DNA of 64,000 nucleotides from Bacillota bacterium. Its GTDB lineage: Bacteria > Bacillota > Dehalobacteriia > UBA4068. The notes below the pieces were generated by a model. The model was not told the origin of the DNA. It made no database searches and worked only from the letters and a program-made list of their open reading frames with translations. Below are positions 28,407-39,032 of this stretch, piece by piece (the first letter of the stretch is position 1; each line of letters begins with the position of its first letter). Position numbers and translations under genes: made by a program. Location of the stretch: assembly GCA_024679955.1 (NCBI GenBank), contig JAILCQ010000009.1:76814-140813 (forward strand), given 5' to 3'.

Positions 28407-29678
28407 CTATTCGGTATAGTCGAAACTGTTGCCGGCGATATTCACCGTATCGCCCACTTGTACGCCGGCTTCACGCAGCGCGTCTTCCAAACCCATTTTA
28501 ACAAATATCCTTTGCATGCGCAACACGGCGTCTTCGTTATTGAGATCCGTCATTTTTACCAGTTTTTCAATGCGTTCGCCGCTGACCTGCCATATGCCGT
28601 TATCGTCCCGGAGGATGGAAAAAGGCTGCTCGTCCCGAACCACGGTGGTCAGCATTTCTTCCCGGGCAGGCTCCGTTTCCAGGGGCGGCAATTGGCTGAG
28701 GGTTTGCCGCAGGGCGGATAAAAGCTGGGGGATGCCCTGGCCGGTCAGGGCGGATATGGGAAAGATAGGATATTTCCCGTCTACCCTTTTTTGCAATTCC
28801 TTCAATTTTTCCGCCGCGTCCGGCATGTCCATCTTATTGGCGGCAATGACGGCGGGTCTTTGCAAAAAGTCGTTTTTATACAGACGCAATTCTTCTTCAA
28901 TGGCGGCCAGGTTTTCCCAAGGCTCTTTTTCCGTCAGGCCGCTCATATCCAAAACATGTACCAAAATGCGATTCCGTTCCGCATGGCGCAAAAAGCGATG
29001 CCCCAGGCCGATGCCGGAAGCCGCCCCCTCGATCAAACCAGGTAAATCGGCGATTACCAGGTCGCTGTGATCGTCAAAACGCACCACGCCCAAGTTGGGA
29101 TTGAGGGTGGTGAAGGGGTAGTCGGCGATTTTCGGCGTGGCCGCGCTGACCCGGGACAGCAGGGTGGATTTGCCCGCGTTGGGAAAACCGACCAGACCCA
29201 CATCGGCGATGAGCTTCAGCTCGAAGATCAGCCATTTTTCCTGCCCCGGTTCCCCGTTTTCCGCATAGCGGGGGGCTTTGTCATGGGCGTTGGCAAAACG
29301 GCTGTTGCCCCGGCCGCCCCGGCCGCCTTTGGCCAGGATCACTTTTTGGCCCGGCAGGGTGATATCGGCCAGGATCTGCCCATGCTCGTCTTTGACCACT
29401 GTGCCCAAAGGCGTTTGCAGCAGCAGATCTTCGCCGTTGGCCCCGTGCATGTTTTTGGCCATGCCGTTTACGCCCTTTTCCGCTTTGTAATGGCGGCGGT
29501 ATTTGAAATCGGTCAGGGTGGTCAGCATGGGGTTGCCCACGGCGACCACATTGCCGCCCCGGCCGCCGTCGCCGCCGGCGGGGCCGCCCATAGGTATATA
29601 TTTTTCCCGGCGAAAAGCGACCATACCATTGCCGCCGTCGCCGCCTTTGACATAGATTTTTACATAATCATGAAACAT
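28407..29678 (-). CDS. obg: GTPase Obg
   Basis: N-terminal Gly-rich Obg fold (GGDGGNGMVAF, GGPAGGDGGRGG), G-domain GFPNAGKST, and the C-terminal OCT domain. Confidence 0.95.
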   Translation of the reverse strand: MFHDYVKIYVKGGDGGNGMVAFRREKYIPMGGPAGGDGGRGGNVVAVGNPMLTTLTDFKYRRHYKAEKGVNGMAKNMHGANGEDLLLQTPLGTVVKDEHGQILADITLPGQKVILAKGGRGGRGNSRFANAHDKAPRYAENGEPGQEKWLIFELKLIADVGLVGFPNAGKSTLLSRVSAATPKIADYPFTTLNPNLGVVRFDDHSDLVIADLPGLIEGAASGIGLGHRFLRHAERNRILVHVLDMSGLTEKEPWENLAAIEEELRLYKNDFLQRPAVIAANKMDMPDAAEKLKELQKRVDGKYPIFPISALTGQGIPQLLSALRQTLSQLPPLETEPAREEMLTTVVRDEQPFSILRDDNGIWQVSGERIEKLVKMTDLNNEDAVLRMQRIFVKMGLEDALREAGVQVGDTVNIAGNSFDYTE

Positions 29679-30126
29679 AGGTCTATTCCCTCCGTTTCCC
29701 TATTATACGCATATATCGAAAAAATAGTCAATTGCCGCGCCCGGTCTTATTGCGGAACAAAGGCCGGAAAAGAGGATTTTTTTCGCTTTTGCCGCTATAA
29801 AAAATCAAAGAAAAATGAAAGGCCTTTGATTTTTTCTCTGGCAATATCAGAAGGTATATAGTATAATAAGAATTAAAATATGGGATAGTATTTTGTTTTG
29901 CCGAAACGCGGGGAAATACGAAAAACGTAAACGGCAGGAAAGCCCCCTGCGTGACGGCAAAATATAGCGATAGATCGATGGAAAGCGGCCCTTTAGCGGC
30001 GGCGGCGCAACCATTTGCCGCCCGCGGCGGGAACGGTTGCCGCAAAAGTAATTCTTATCCTTGCCTTAGGCAATGCAAGCAGGCAATTCAAATAAAACAG
30101 TCATTCCAAAGTAAAGGGGAAATTCT

Positions 30127-33100
30127 GGTGAATACAAATTATGATGAACAAAACGTATCGGAGACGCTAACAGACAAAGTGGATATTCCGGAATTGGCTT
30201 TGGATCATGAACAAGCGGAATTGGCCGCGGCGATCGCCCCGCAGTCCAAGTACAGCGATGAAGATATTGCCGCTTTCGAGCAAGCCAAGGAAATCGCCAT
30301 CAAAGCGGCCGAGCAATTGACCGAGGCGCGCCGGGTTTTATCCCAAAGCGAAGACGAAGCCGCCAAGGCGGATACCGCCTATCAGGCGGTAGCGGATCTG
30401 CCGGAAAAATTGCTGGCCGACGAAGAAGAGGCGAAAACCGTGGCAAAGCTGGCCGCCGCCCTGGTGGTGGATACCCAGGTGACAAAAAGCCTGGCCGACG
30501 AGGAATACGCCCGGCTGTTGACCAAAGCGGCGGAAGATCTGGAGGAAACCGCCGCCCAGGCGAAAGCCGATTTGGCGGAAAAAAAGGCGGCCCGCATCGC
30601 CGCGGAGTATGAAAAAGCCCATGTGTTTGTGGAAAAAGCCAGGACTCGCCTGATCGCGGATCGGGCGGCGGTAAAAGCGGCGGAGGCGAAACGCGGCCGC
30701 ATCTCGGCGGAAAACGACATGACGGTCAAGGTGGCCGAAGCGGATATGAACTTTTCCACCCATTTGCAGGAGCAAGCCGCCCAGGCCGCCCAGGAAGCCG
30801 ATCGGAAACTGAAAGAAGCGGAACAGGATCAAACCCGGGCAATAGAAGAATCCAAGCGCCTGCAGGATGAAGAACTGAACCTGCGCAGAAACAGCGAGTT
30901 GGAGCTGGAAAAGCTGGCCTTGTCCCATCAAGCGCCGTTGAAAGCGTGCGCGGAAAAAACTTACCAGGCCAAAATCGACGAAGAAAACGCCAAGCAAGAG
31001 GCGGACGACACCGAGAGAGTCGCGGCGGAGAAAAACGATATCTGGCATACGGCGCAGCAAAAAGCCAAGCAAGCCGCGGAGGATGAGGAAAGCACCAGGC
31101 AAAATACCGCGGCTGATCTGGAACGGGTGACCAACGAAGCTTTTGAAGCCCGCAATATCGCCAGCGCCAAGGCATCCGGCCTGGCCGCGGCGGCGGAATC
31201 GGCCAAACAAGCCGCCCTGGAAGCCACCCAGCGGGCGGAAGAAGCGCAAATGGCGATCCCGCCGGTGCAGGACGAAGTCAAAATGCGGGAAGAAGCTTTG
31301 GCGGCGGCACGGCATACCTCAAATGAAGCGGCGCGTATGGCGGCCAACGCCACGGCGGCCCGGGTCGCGGTAAAAGAAACTTCCTCCGCTTTGTTGGCCC
31401 AGGCGGAAAAAATCCTCCAGGATACGGCGACGAACGCGGAAAAACTGGTGGAAAAGAGAGATTTGGAATATCAAACCGCGGTGAACACCCTGGAACAGCT
31501 GCAGGCGCAAGCGGAAAGCGCCCTGCATGCCGCCAAGGACGCCGCGCAAATCGCCCAGGATACGGAAAGCGCCAAGAACAAGGCGGAAGATGATTTCCAT
31601 CAGATCTGCCTGGAAAACGACGACAGGATCAAATCCACCCGGGAAACCATGGAGCGGATGTGCAACGACGCCCAGGCGGCCCGCATTACCGCCGCCGAAG
31701 AAGTGGTGATCGCAGAAAAAATCGCCCGGGAAGCGGACGCCCAGGCGGAGCAGAAAAAGCAGCTGTATTTGCAGGCGGTAGACGCCAGGGAAAAAGCCGA
31801 GGAACACGAGCAAGCGATCACGGCGCAAACCCAGGAAGAAATGCGCGCGGCCCAGGAAAACTGGGACAGGGAAATTGCGGATATGCAATCTTCCTGCCGG
31901 GCGGCGGAAGAAGCGCAAGCGGCCCGCATCGCCCAGCGGGAATCTTTGGAATTGGCTGCGCAGGAAGCGGCCAAGACTTTGCAAAAAGCGGAAACCGGCA
32001 AGTTAGCGGCTTCTAAAAGATTGGCGGCTGCTGTGGCGAGAGCGGCGATCCGGCTGAAAGCCGCCGAAGAGGAATTGGCGCAGATCGCCCTCAAGGAAAA
32101 ACCGGCGCAACTGGCGTTTGAAGAAGCTTTGCAGGCGGAAGTATTGATGAAGGCCCAGTATAATGAAGTCGCTATCGCGGAAGCCCCTGCGGCGGAAGAA
32201 ACCCCTGCTGTAGAAGAAGCGCCTGCGGCGGAAGAAGCGCCTGCGGCGGAAGAAGCCCCGGCGGCAGAAGAAGCCCCGGCGGCAGAAGAAGAGCCTGCGG
32301 CGGAAGAAGAGCCTGCGGCGGAAGAAGCCCCGGCGGCAGAAGAAGCCCCGGCGGAAGAAGAAGCCCCGGCGGCGGAAGAAGCCCCTGCGGCGGAAGAAGC
32401 CCCTGCGGCGGAAGAAGCCCCGGCGGTAGAAGAAGAGCCGGCGGCAGAAGAAGCTTCCGCGGAGTCGTTCTTCCGGCAAGCGGTGGCTTTGGCGGTGGAA
32501 AAGGCCGCTGCCAAAGCGGATCTGGACGCCAAAAATGAACTTGCGCCAGAGGATAAACCCGCCTTTGCGCCGCCTTTTGTCATGGCTGCCGATACGGTGA
32601 CCCCGGCAAAGGCCTCCCATGATATCATACAAAACGCTTTGGATCAACTCACCATCGAGTTGGATCGGGCGGAGGTGGAAGCGGCTTTAGCGGCGGTACC
32701 GGGGGTGAAACCCACGGCGGACAACAATGCCGCGTCCGCGCAGCATACGGCGGCGGACGATCCTGCGCCGCAAGGAAAAACGACCGCTCATGCCGATCCG
32801 CAATTGGCCGGTCTTTCTTCGGTACTGGAGGCGGCCCACGACGAATTGGCGAAACTGGACGAGTTGATGACGCAAAGCCAGGCCATGCATCAGCCTGCCG
32901 CAGAAGGAGAAGCTTCTCCCATTGCGGAGACGGCTGCGGAAAAAACGACGGCGGCGAAACCGGAAATGCAAGGCCCGGTATGGGATAAAGACGAAAAGCC
33001 GGCGCATCGCAAACCCTGGGACCGTTTGTTCGGCAAAGGAAAACGGCATAACGGCCATGGCAACGGCGAGGAAAACGGAGCGGCGGACAAAGCGGCAGAG

Positions 33101-33448
33101 ACGGCTGCGGAGAAAACGCCGGTAGCGGAAAAGGCAACGGAAGCGCCGGCCGCCAAAGAAAAGGCGGAAGCGGAAAGCCGGCCGGCAGCAGCCCCGGCGG
33201 CGCAGCCTCAGCCTGCCGCCGAGAAAGCGGAAGCCGTTATCGACGAGGCGGACGAATTGCTGCGCTTGGCCAAAAACGAGGCGGAGGTTTTGGCCCAGGC
33301 GGCCAAGGATGGCGGCGATCATGCTTTGGACAAGCTGAATGACGCCAACTTGCAGCAGGCCATCGAAACCCGGGCCGCCGAAAAGAAAGAAGCGGAAGAA
33401 GAAGCGGAATTGCGCAAAGCCATTTTTTCAATGATCGATAAAAAATAA
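30127..33448 (+). CDS. large acidic Ala/Glu/Lys-rich coiled-coil protein with a tandem (EEAPAA)n repeat
   Basis: About 1107 aa from a GTG preceded by aaagggg. There is no signal peptide or TM segment, heptad-like A/E/K/Q composition throughout, about 15 hexapeptide repeats, and a basic G/H-rich segment (KGKRHNGHGNGEENG). Confidence 0.7.
32180..32455 (+). repeat. 18-bp coding tandem repeat (gaagaagcccctgcggcg)n, about 15 units
   Basis: Direct, near-perfect 18-bp units encoding EEAPAA, with occasional T/V/E substitutions. Confidence 0.9.
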
Positions 33449-33545
33449 TGCCTTTTCAGGCAACACGGCGACAAGGCTGTTTCAAAACCTGCAGCGGCTG
33501 GCTGCCGAACGTTTTGAAGCAGCCTTTCTATTTAGGAACGGAGGT

Positions 33546-33821
33546 ATGGGGATGAGGGCTGTTATTTCTGTAGTCGGTAAGGATCGCACCGGCATATTGG
33601 CAAAAGTGAGCGGCAAATGCTTTGAACTGAACGCCAATATCGTCGATGTGACGCAAACCATTTTGGAAGATTTATTCGTCATGGTCATGTTGGCGGAAAT
33701 CGACCGCATCAATTGCGATTATCAGCGTTTCGTAGCCTTGTTTACGGAATTGGCGGAAGAAAACGGTTTGAAGATCCATGTGATGAACGAAGATATCTTT
33801 AACGCCATGCATCGTATTTAG
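33546..33821 (+). CDS. ACT-domain protein (UPF0237)
   Basis: About 90 aa ([17 protein letters not shown]), the conserved partner of UPF0210. Confidence 0.8.
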   Translation: MGMRAVISVVGKDRTGILAKVSGKCFELNANIVDVTQTILEDLFVMVMLAEIDRINCDYQRFVALFTELAEENGLKIHVMNEDIFNAMHRI

Positions 33822-33829
33822 GAGGAGCT

Positions 33830-35197
33830 ATGCTGAATATTCGCGATATATTAGAAACCATTCATATGATCGACGAGGAGCATCTGGATATCCGTACCGT
33901 CACCATGGGTATTTCTTTATTGGACTGTACGGATAGCGATGTGAAGAAAGCTTGCGAAAAAATATATGACAAAATCTGCCGCAAAGCGGAAAACCTGGTG
34001 AAAGAAGCGGAGCTTTTGGCGGAAAAGTACGGGGTGCCGATCATCAACAAAAGGATTTCCGTTACCCCCATTGCCTTAATGACCGCCGCCGCCGCGGACA
34101 GCAACGACGATACCTTGCTGCAATACGCTTTGACCATGGACAAAGCGGCCCAAAGCTGCGGCGTGGATTTTATCGGCGGCTACGGGGCTTTGGTGCATAA
34201 AGGCTTGAGCGCCAAGGCAAAGGCTTTTTTGCGCTCCATACCCCGGGCCCTGGCGGAAACGGAGAAAGTATGCTCTTCCGTCAATGTGGGCTCCAGCAAA
34301 AGCGGCATCAATATGGATGCGGTGGCGATCATGGGGGAGGTCATCCATGAAACCGCCCGGCTTACCGCCGGCGCCAATTGCATCGGCGCCGCCAAATTGG
34401 TGGCCTTTTGCAATGCCGTGGAGAACAATCCCTTTATGGCCGGCGCTTTTCACGGCGTGGGCGAAGGGGACGCCTGCATCAACGTAGGCGTATCCGGGCC
34501 CGGAACGGTGCAGGCCGCTTTATCCCGGCATCCCCAGGCCGATTTCAGTCAATTGGCGGATATCATCAAACGCACTGCCTGCAAGATCACCCGGGTGGGG
34601 CAGTTGATCGGCGAGGAAATCTCCCAGCGCCTGGATATCCCCTTCGGCATTGTGGATCTGTCCTTGGCGCCTACCCCGGCCCGGGGCGATTCGGTGGCCC
34701 GCATCCTGGAGGAGATGGGCTTGCCTTTCTGCGGCGCTTGCGGCACCACCGCGGCCTTGGCCCTGCTGAACGACGCGGTGAAAAAAGGCGGGGTTATGGC
34801 TTCCTCCCGGGTGGGCGGGCTTTCCGGCGCTTTTATACCGGTGACCGAGGACGCCGGCATGATCGAAGCGGCGGAAAAAGGCGCTCTGTCCATCGAAAAG
34901 CTGGAAGCCATGACGGCGGTTTGCTCCGTGGGCCTGGATATGATCGTGATCCCCGGGGATACCCGTCCGGAAGTGATCGCCGCCATTATCGCCGACGAGG
35001 CGGCCATCGGCATGATCAACAACAAAACCACCGCCGTGCGTTTGATCCCGGCTATCGGCAAACAAGTGGGGGATCGTTTGGAATTCGGCGGCTTGCTGGG
35101 CGGCGGCCCGGTGATGCGGGTCAGCGATTTGTCGCCGGTGGATTTCGTGCGCCGCGGCGGCGTGATCCCCGCGCCCATCCACAGCCTGCGCAATTAA
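33830..35197 (+). CDS. PFL-like UPF0210 (DUF711) family protein
   Basis: 455 aa matching the UPF0210 family over its full length. The 2-nt spacing after the ACT gene indicates coupling. Confidence 0.8.
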   Translation: MLNIRDILETIHMIDEEHLDIRTVTMGISLLDCTDSDVKKACEKIYDKICRKAENLVKEAELLAEKYGVPIINKRISVTPIALMTAAAADSNDDTLLQYALTMDKAAQSCGVDFIGGYGALVHKGLSAKAKAFLRSIPRALAETEKVCSSVNVGSSKSGINMDAVAIMGEVIHETARLTAGANCIGAAKLVAFCNAVENNPFMAGAFHGVGEGDACINVGVSGPGTVQAALSRHPQADFSQLADIIKRTACKITRVGQLIGEEISQRLDIPFGIVDLSLAPTPARGDSVARILEEMGLPFCGACGTTAALALLNDAVKKGGVMASSRVGGLSGAFIPVTEDAGMIEAAEKGALSIEKLEAMTAVCSVGLDMIVIPGDTRPEVIAAIIADEAAIGMINNKTTAVRLIPAIGKQVGDRLEFGGLLGGGPVMRVSDLSPVDFVRRGGVIPAPIHSLRN

Positions 35198-35457
35198 CAC
35201 AGAAACGGGCCTGTTTACCGAAGGCCTTCGGCATGTCGAGCCTTGTTTACCAGGTGACCCATAATAACCGAAAAGACTCTGCGAAAAGCGGGGTAGGGAA
35301 CCAATGGTTCTTTGCCCGCTTTTTTATACGCCAAGCCCCATCCGTCAGACGGATGGGGCTTGGCGCTTATAAATGCGGAAACGCCGCCTGTCCAGGCGGC
35401 GTTTCCGGTAAAGAGGCATGTTTTTCAGACGGCGGGCCGCCAAAAGGCATAAGGCCC

Positions 35458-35805
35458 TTATTCTTTGCCTTGCCATTGATCTTCTACGGTTTGCTCCCAC
35501 AGGGGTATGCCGGCGCGATAGGCGTTTTTGGCCATATAATGGGAGCCGATGGGATTGGTGAGGCAGATGAACAAAAGCGTCAACAGGCAGCGGGCGATCA
35601 GACTGCCGGTGTTTCCTTCCCCCGCAAAAAACAGGATCAGCGCCAGCATCAGCCCGGACATCCCCAACAGCAGGCCCATGGTGGCGGCGTGCATGCGGCA
35701 GTATACGTCGGGAAAACGAATGATCCCCAAGGCGCCGCAGAACAGGAACAGGCAGCCGCCTACGATGCATATGGCTATAGCGATGCTGAGTATGGTTTCA
35801 ATCAA
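35458..35805 (-). CDS. mrpG: Na+/H+ antiporter subunit G
   Basis: 115-aa membrane protein of the MnhG family, in its expected operon position. Confidence 0.8.
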   Translation of the reverse strand: MIETILSIAIAICIVGGCLFLFCGALGIIRFPDVYCRMHAATMGLLLGMSGLMLALILFFAGEGNTGSLIARCLLTLLFICLTNPIGSHYMAKNAYRAGIPLWEQTVEDQWQGKE

Positions 35806-36082
35806 GGATATCCCCGTCCCCTCCGATAAATTTGGCGATCACCAGCATAGAAATGAACCCCAATACGGCCACCACCCATACGGCGGGCAAATAATCCAGA
35901 CTGTCGAATTTGATGCAGCACAGGCTGATCCCCCCCATGACGCAGGCGGCCAAAGCGTCGGAGCCCACCGCCCGGTCGGCGGCGGAGGGGCCGCGGACGA
36001 TGCGATACAGGCATAGCAAAACGGCGGCGGCCAAAAGGATCAATCCCACGTTGACGGCGGCGTCGATGATCATTTCGTTCAT
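35798..36082 (-). CDS. mrpF: Na+/H+ antiporter subunit F
   Basis: About 94 aa from MNEMIIDAAV, MrpF/PhaF-like. Confidence 0.75.
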   Translation of the reverse strand: MNEMIIDAAVNVGLILLAAAVLLCLYRIVRGPSAADRAVGSDALAACVMGGISLCCIKFDSLDYLPAVWVVAVLGFISMLVIAKFIGGDGDILD

Positions 36083-36555
36083 TGGATCACCTTCTTTATT
36101 CTCGATTCCAATGTGCGGCGTATGCTTTGGCAAAGCTTATCCGCATCCTGCAGATACAGGGTATGGATATATAAAGCGGAACGGTCTTCCGCCACTTCCA
36201 CGGTCAGGGTCCCCGGCGTCAGGGTGATCATATTGGCCAAAGCGGTGATCTGCTCCGGGGTATGCAGGTCGATCTCCATTTTGACGATGGCCGGACGGAC
36301 AGGCGATCCCGGCCGCAGGATACGGCTTAAAACCTGGAAGCCGGATTTGACCGCCGCCGCCGCAAAAGCCGCCAGCAGTTGCAGCGCGTACAGCACCCGC
36401 AGGCCGTAAAAACGGCCCTGATGCAGCAGGGGACAGAGCAAAGCGATCAATACCGCCCCCAAAACAAAGCCGGTGAAAAAATCCATTGCCGTAAAGGAAG
36501 GATGGAAAAAGGTCCAGAGCAAAGCCAAAAAGACGTTCAAAAGGAATTGTTTCAT
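36079..36555 (-). CDS. mrpE: Na+/H+ antiporter subunit E
   Basis: 158 aa, MnhE family. Confidence 0.8.
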   Translation of the reverse strand: MKQFLLNVFLALLWTFFHPSFTAMDFFTGFVLGAVLIALLCPLLHQGRFYGLRVLYALQLLAAFAAAAVKSGFQVLSRILRPGSPVRPAIVKMEIDLHTPEQITALANMITLTPGTLTVEVAEDRSALYIHTLYLQDADKLCQSIRRTLESRIKKVIQ

Positions 36556-36570
36556 ATTTTCCGCCTGCTT

Positions 36571-38079
36571 TCAGTATATTTGGCCGAATACCGCCTGAAT
36601 ATATAGGCCGGGGTCGCTGATCTCGGCGGCGGCCTGCAGCACGACGCCGGTCACCGGAGCCGAAGCCAGACCGGCGGCCAGGGAAAGCGCTACCAGCAGC
36701 AAAGGCGAAGCCAATTTGCGGCGATAGGTAGCGTTACCGGCAGCGTCCAGGGGCAGGAGGGATTTTTCCTCACCCCAATAGCAATGCATAAAAATTTTGA
36801 TTGTGTAAAACAAGGTCAAAAAGCCAACCGCCAAGGTAAAGAACATGGCCCAGCCGTCGCCGCTTTCCGCCGCGCTCTGCAGCAGCAACAGCTTGGCAAA
36901 AAAGCCGGAAAAAGGAGGAACACCGGCCAGGGATATGCCGCCCAGGAAAAAGCCCCAGGCCAGAAGGGGAAAACGGTGGATCAAACCACTCATTTGTTTC
37001 AAATCGCCGGTTCCGCTGATCTCTTCCGTAGCGCCGGCAAAATAGAACAGGCTGGTTTTGACAAGGATATTGTGAAACAGGAAATATATGGCGGCGGCGA
37101 TGCTCAGCACGGTGTGCATGGCCAGGCCCAGCACCATATACCCCACTTGGCTGATGATAGAAAAGGAGAGTATCTTGCGGTACTGATATTGGTATATGGC
37201 CCCCAATCCGCCCAGCACCATGGTGGCGGCGCCCAGGACGTACAGCAGAGTGTATATATAAGCGCTTACCCCGGCAAACAGCAGCGTGAACGTGCGGATC
37301 AGGCAGTATACCCCAACTTTTGTCAGCAGGCCGCCGAAAATGGCCGAAACCGCCGCCGGCGGCTGGGCATAGGAATGAGGCAGCCAATAGAACAGGGGGA
37401 AGATGGCGGCTTTGCTGCCAAAGACAAACAAGAAAATGACGGCGATCAGATCCACCAGATCTCGGTTCTGGATCTGCGGCAGCTTTACCGCCAGATCCGC
37501 CATATTGAGGGTGCCGGTTATGCCGTAGAGCAAGCCCAATCCCACCAGGAAAAATGTGGAAGCCAGGATGTTCAGCACCGCATAGGGAAGGGTTTCCCGC
37601 AATTGTCCTTTTTCGCCTCCCAGCGCCAACAACACATAGGAAGAGAGCAGGAGGATCTCGAACCAGACGTACAGGTTGAATATATCGCCGGCCACAAAAG
37701 CGCCGTTGCATCCCACCAGCATCATTTGCAGCAGGAAATAGTAAAAGTGCCTTTCCCGCCCGGCGTCTATATGGGAAAAGGAATAAAAGATGCAGGTGGT
37801 CTCGATGATGGCCGTCAACAGTACCAGCAGGGCGGAAAAGGTATCTGCCACCATGGTAATGCCGAAAGGAGGCAGCCAGTCGCCGGCCCAGAATACCAAA
37901 GTGCCTTTTTTCAGCACGCAATGAAGCAAATAGGCGGCGTTGGCCAAAGCGATAACGGCGGAAACGCCGCTGACGGCCCGCTGCCAGATAATACGGCGGT
38001 GCAGGAACAGCAGAAGGATCGCCGTGATCCAGGGGATCAGTTGCGGGGTCAATACCTGATTGCTACTCATTTTCCGCAC
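36571..38079 (-). CDS. mrpD: Na+/H+ antiporter subunit D (NuoN/M-like)
   Basis: 502 aa with a proton-pumping NuoL/M/N fold. Confidence 0.9.
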   Translation of the reverse strand: MRKMSSNQVLTPQLIPWITAILLLFLHRRIIWQRAVSGVSAVIALANAAYLLHCVLKKGTLVFWAGDWLPPFGITMVADTFSALLVLLTAIIETTCIFYSFSHIDAGRERHFYYFLLQMMLVGCNGAFVAGDIFNLYVWFEILLLSSYVLLALGGEKGQLRETLPYAVLNILASTFFLVGLGLLYGITGTLNMADLAVKLPQIQNRDLVDLIAVIFLFVFGSKAAIFPLFYWLPHSYAQPPAAVSAIFGGLLTKVGVYCLIRTFTLLFAGVSAYIYTLLYVLGAATMVLGGLGAIYQYQYRKILSFSIISQVGYMVLGLAMHTVLSIAAAIYFLFHNILVKTSLFYFAGATEEISGTGDLKQMSGLIHRFPLLAWGFFLGGISLAGVPPFSGFFAKLLLLQSAAESGDGWAMFFTLAVGFLTLFYTIKIFMHCYWGEEKSLLPLDAAGNATYRRKLASPLLLVALSLAAGLASAPVTGVVLQAAAEISDPGLYIQAVFGQIY

Positions 38080-38404
38080 CCCGGCAAAGCTCCGTATCGT
38101 CGCTGCCCAGAACCTGATAGGCGCGATAGCATAATACGATGAGAAAAGCGGTTATGCCGAAACCGATCACGATGGCTGTCAGGATCAGCGCCTGGGGCAA
38201 AGGATCCGCATAAGCGGCGGCAGCCCGGGCATGGAGGAGCGGCGCCGCGCCGGCATTCAATTTGCCCATGGCCAGCAACAGCAAAAGCACGCCGTGAGTA
38301 GTTAAGCTGACGCCCAATAGGATACGCAACAGGGTGCGGCTCAACAGCAGATAGATACCGGCGCTGAACAATGCGCCGATGACGATGGCGATCAACAATT
38401 CCAT
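38063..38404 (-). CDS. mrpC: Na+/H+ antiporter subunit C (NuoK-like)
   Basis: 113 aa with three TM segments. Confidence 0.85.
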   Translation of the reverse strand: MELLIAIVIGALFSAGIYLLLSRTLLRILLGVSLTTHGVLLLLLAMGKLNAGAAPLLHARAAAAYADPLPQALILTAIVIGFGITAFLIVLCYRAYQVLGSDDTELCRGAENE

Positions 38405-38432
38405 TTTTACATCTCCCTTCCGGCCGGCGGCT

Positions 38433-39032
38433 TTATGCTTCGTCTTTGTGCCGGGGATTTTGTCTTCCCGGGATATGGACCTTCCGGTCAGGCCGCCCGT
38501 CGCGGCCGCTTTCGCCGATGGCGGTGATGATGGATAGGCAAGCGCCGCAAACCGTACAGTAAACGCCCAAATCGAAAACGGTGGCTGTGGTCCATTGGAT
38601 ATCGCCCAGCAGCGGCAGGGAAAGAACGCCGAAGCTATGGGTCAAAAACGGGCGCCCCAGGAGGACGGCGGCCAAGCCGCAAACCAAAGCCAGGGACAGG
38701 CCGATGGCGACCAAATATTTGAAATCGAAATCCAGGCTATGCAGCCAGCGGGAGCCCAAGGCCAGATAGGCCAGGAGCACGGCGGCGGCGGTGATCAATC
38801 CGGCGATAAAACCGCCCCCCGGCGCATGATGCCCATACCAAAACAGGAAAAAGGCCAGGAACAGAATGATATATACCAGCCAGCGGATAGAGGTTTGCAG
38901 AATCAGCGGATTGCCCTTGCTCGCGTCCCTGGGCGCAGTGGGCTCGGCCTGTGGCGTTTTGGGGCTTCCGGCCGCTCTATCCGTTTTGTTGGAGAGGGTT
39001 TCCGATGTTTTCGTTTTTGCATATGGTTTCAT
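38433..39032 (-). CDS. mrpB: Na+/H+ antiporter subunit B
   Basis: MnhB domain with a hydrophilic N-terminal extension. ATGA overlap with mrpA. Confidence 0.7.
   Translation of the reverse strand: MKPYAKTKTSETLSNKTDRAAGSPKTPQAEPTAPRDASKGNPLILQTSIRWLVYIILFLAFFLFWYGHHAPGGGFIAGLITAAAVLLAYLALGSRWLHSLDFDFKYLVAIGLSLALVCGLAAVLLGRPFLTHSFGVLSLPLLGDIQWTTATVFDLGVYCTVCGACLSIITAIGESGRDGRPDRKVHIPGRQNPRHKDEA

Noticed and set aside
32180-32455. Tandem 18-bp repeats as a possible CRISPR or minisatellite
   Set aside because: The units are directly adjacent with no spacers and are in-frame coding repeats (EEAPAA), so this is not a CRISPR array.
31600-32647. Long antisense and alternate-frame ORFs (for example 31600-32628 -, 32003-32647 -, 30338-31315 -) across the coiled-coil gene
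   Set aside because: They are products of the GC-rich repetitive coding sequence. They have low-complexity Ala/Ser/Arg compositions, no RBS, and lie entirely inside a much better-supported sense ORF.
36784-38142. 452-aa plus-strand ORF across mrpD
   Set aside because: It is antisense to a canonical MrpD membrane-protein gene, and its Gly/Gln/Arg-rich translation is typical of high-GC antisense frames.
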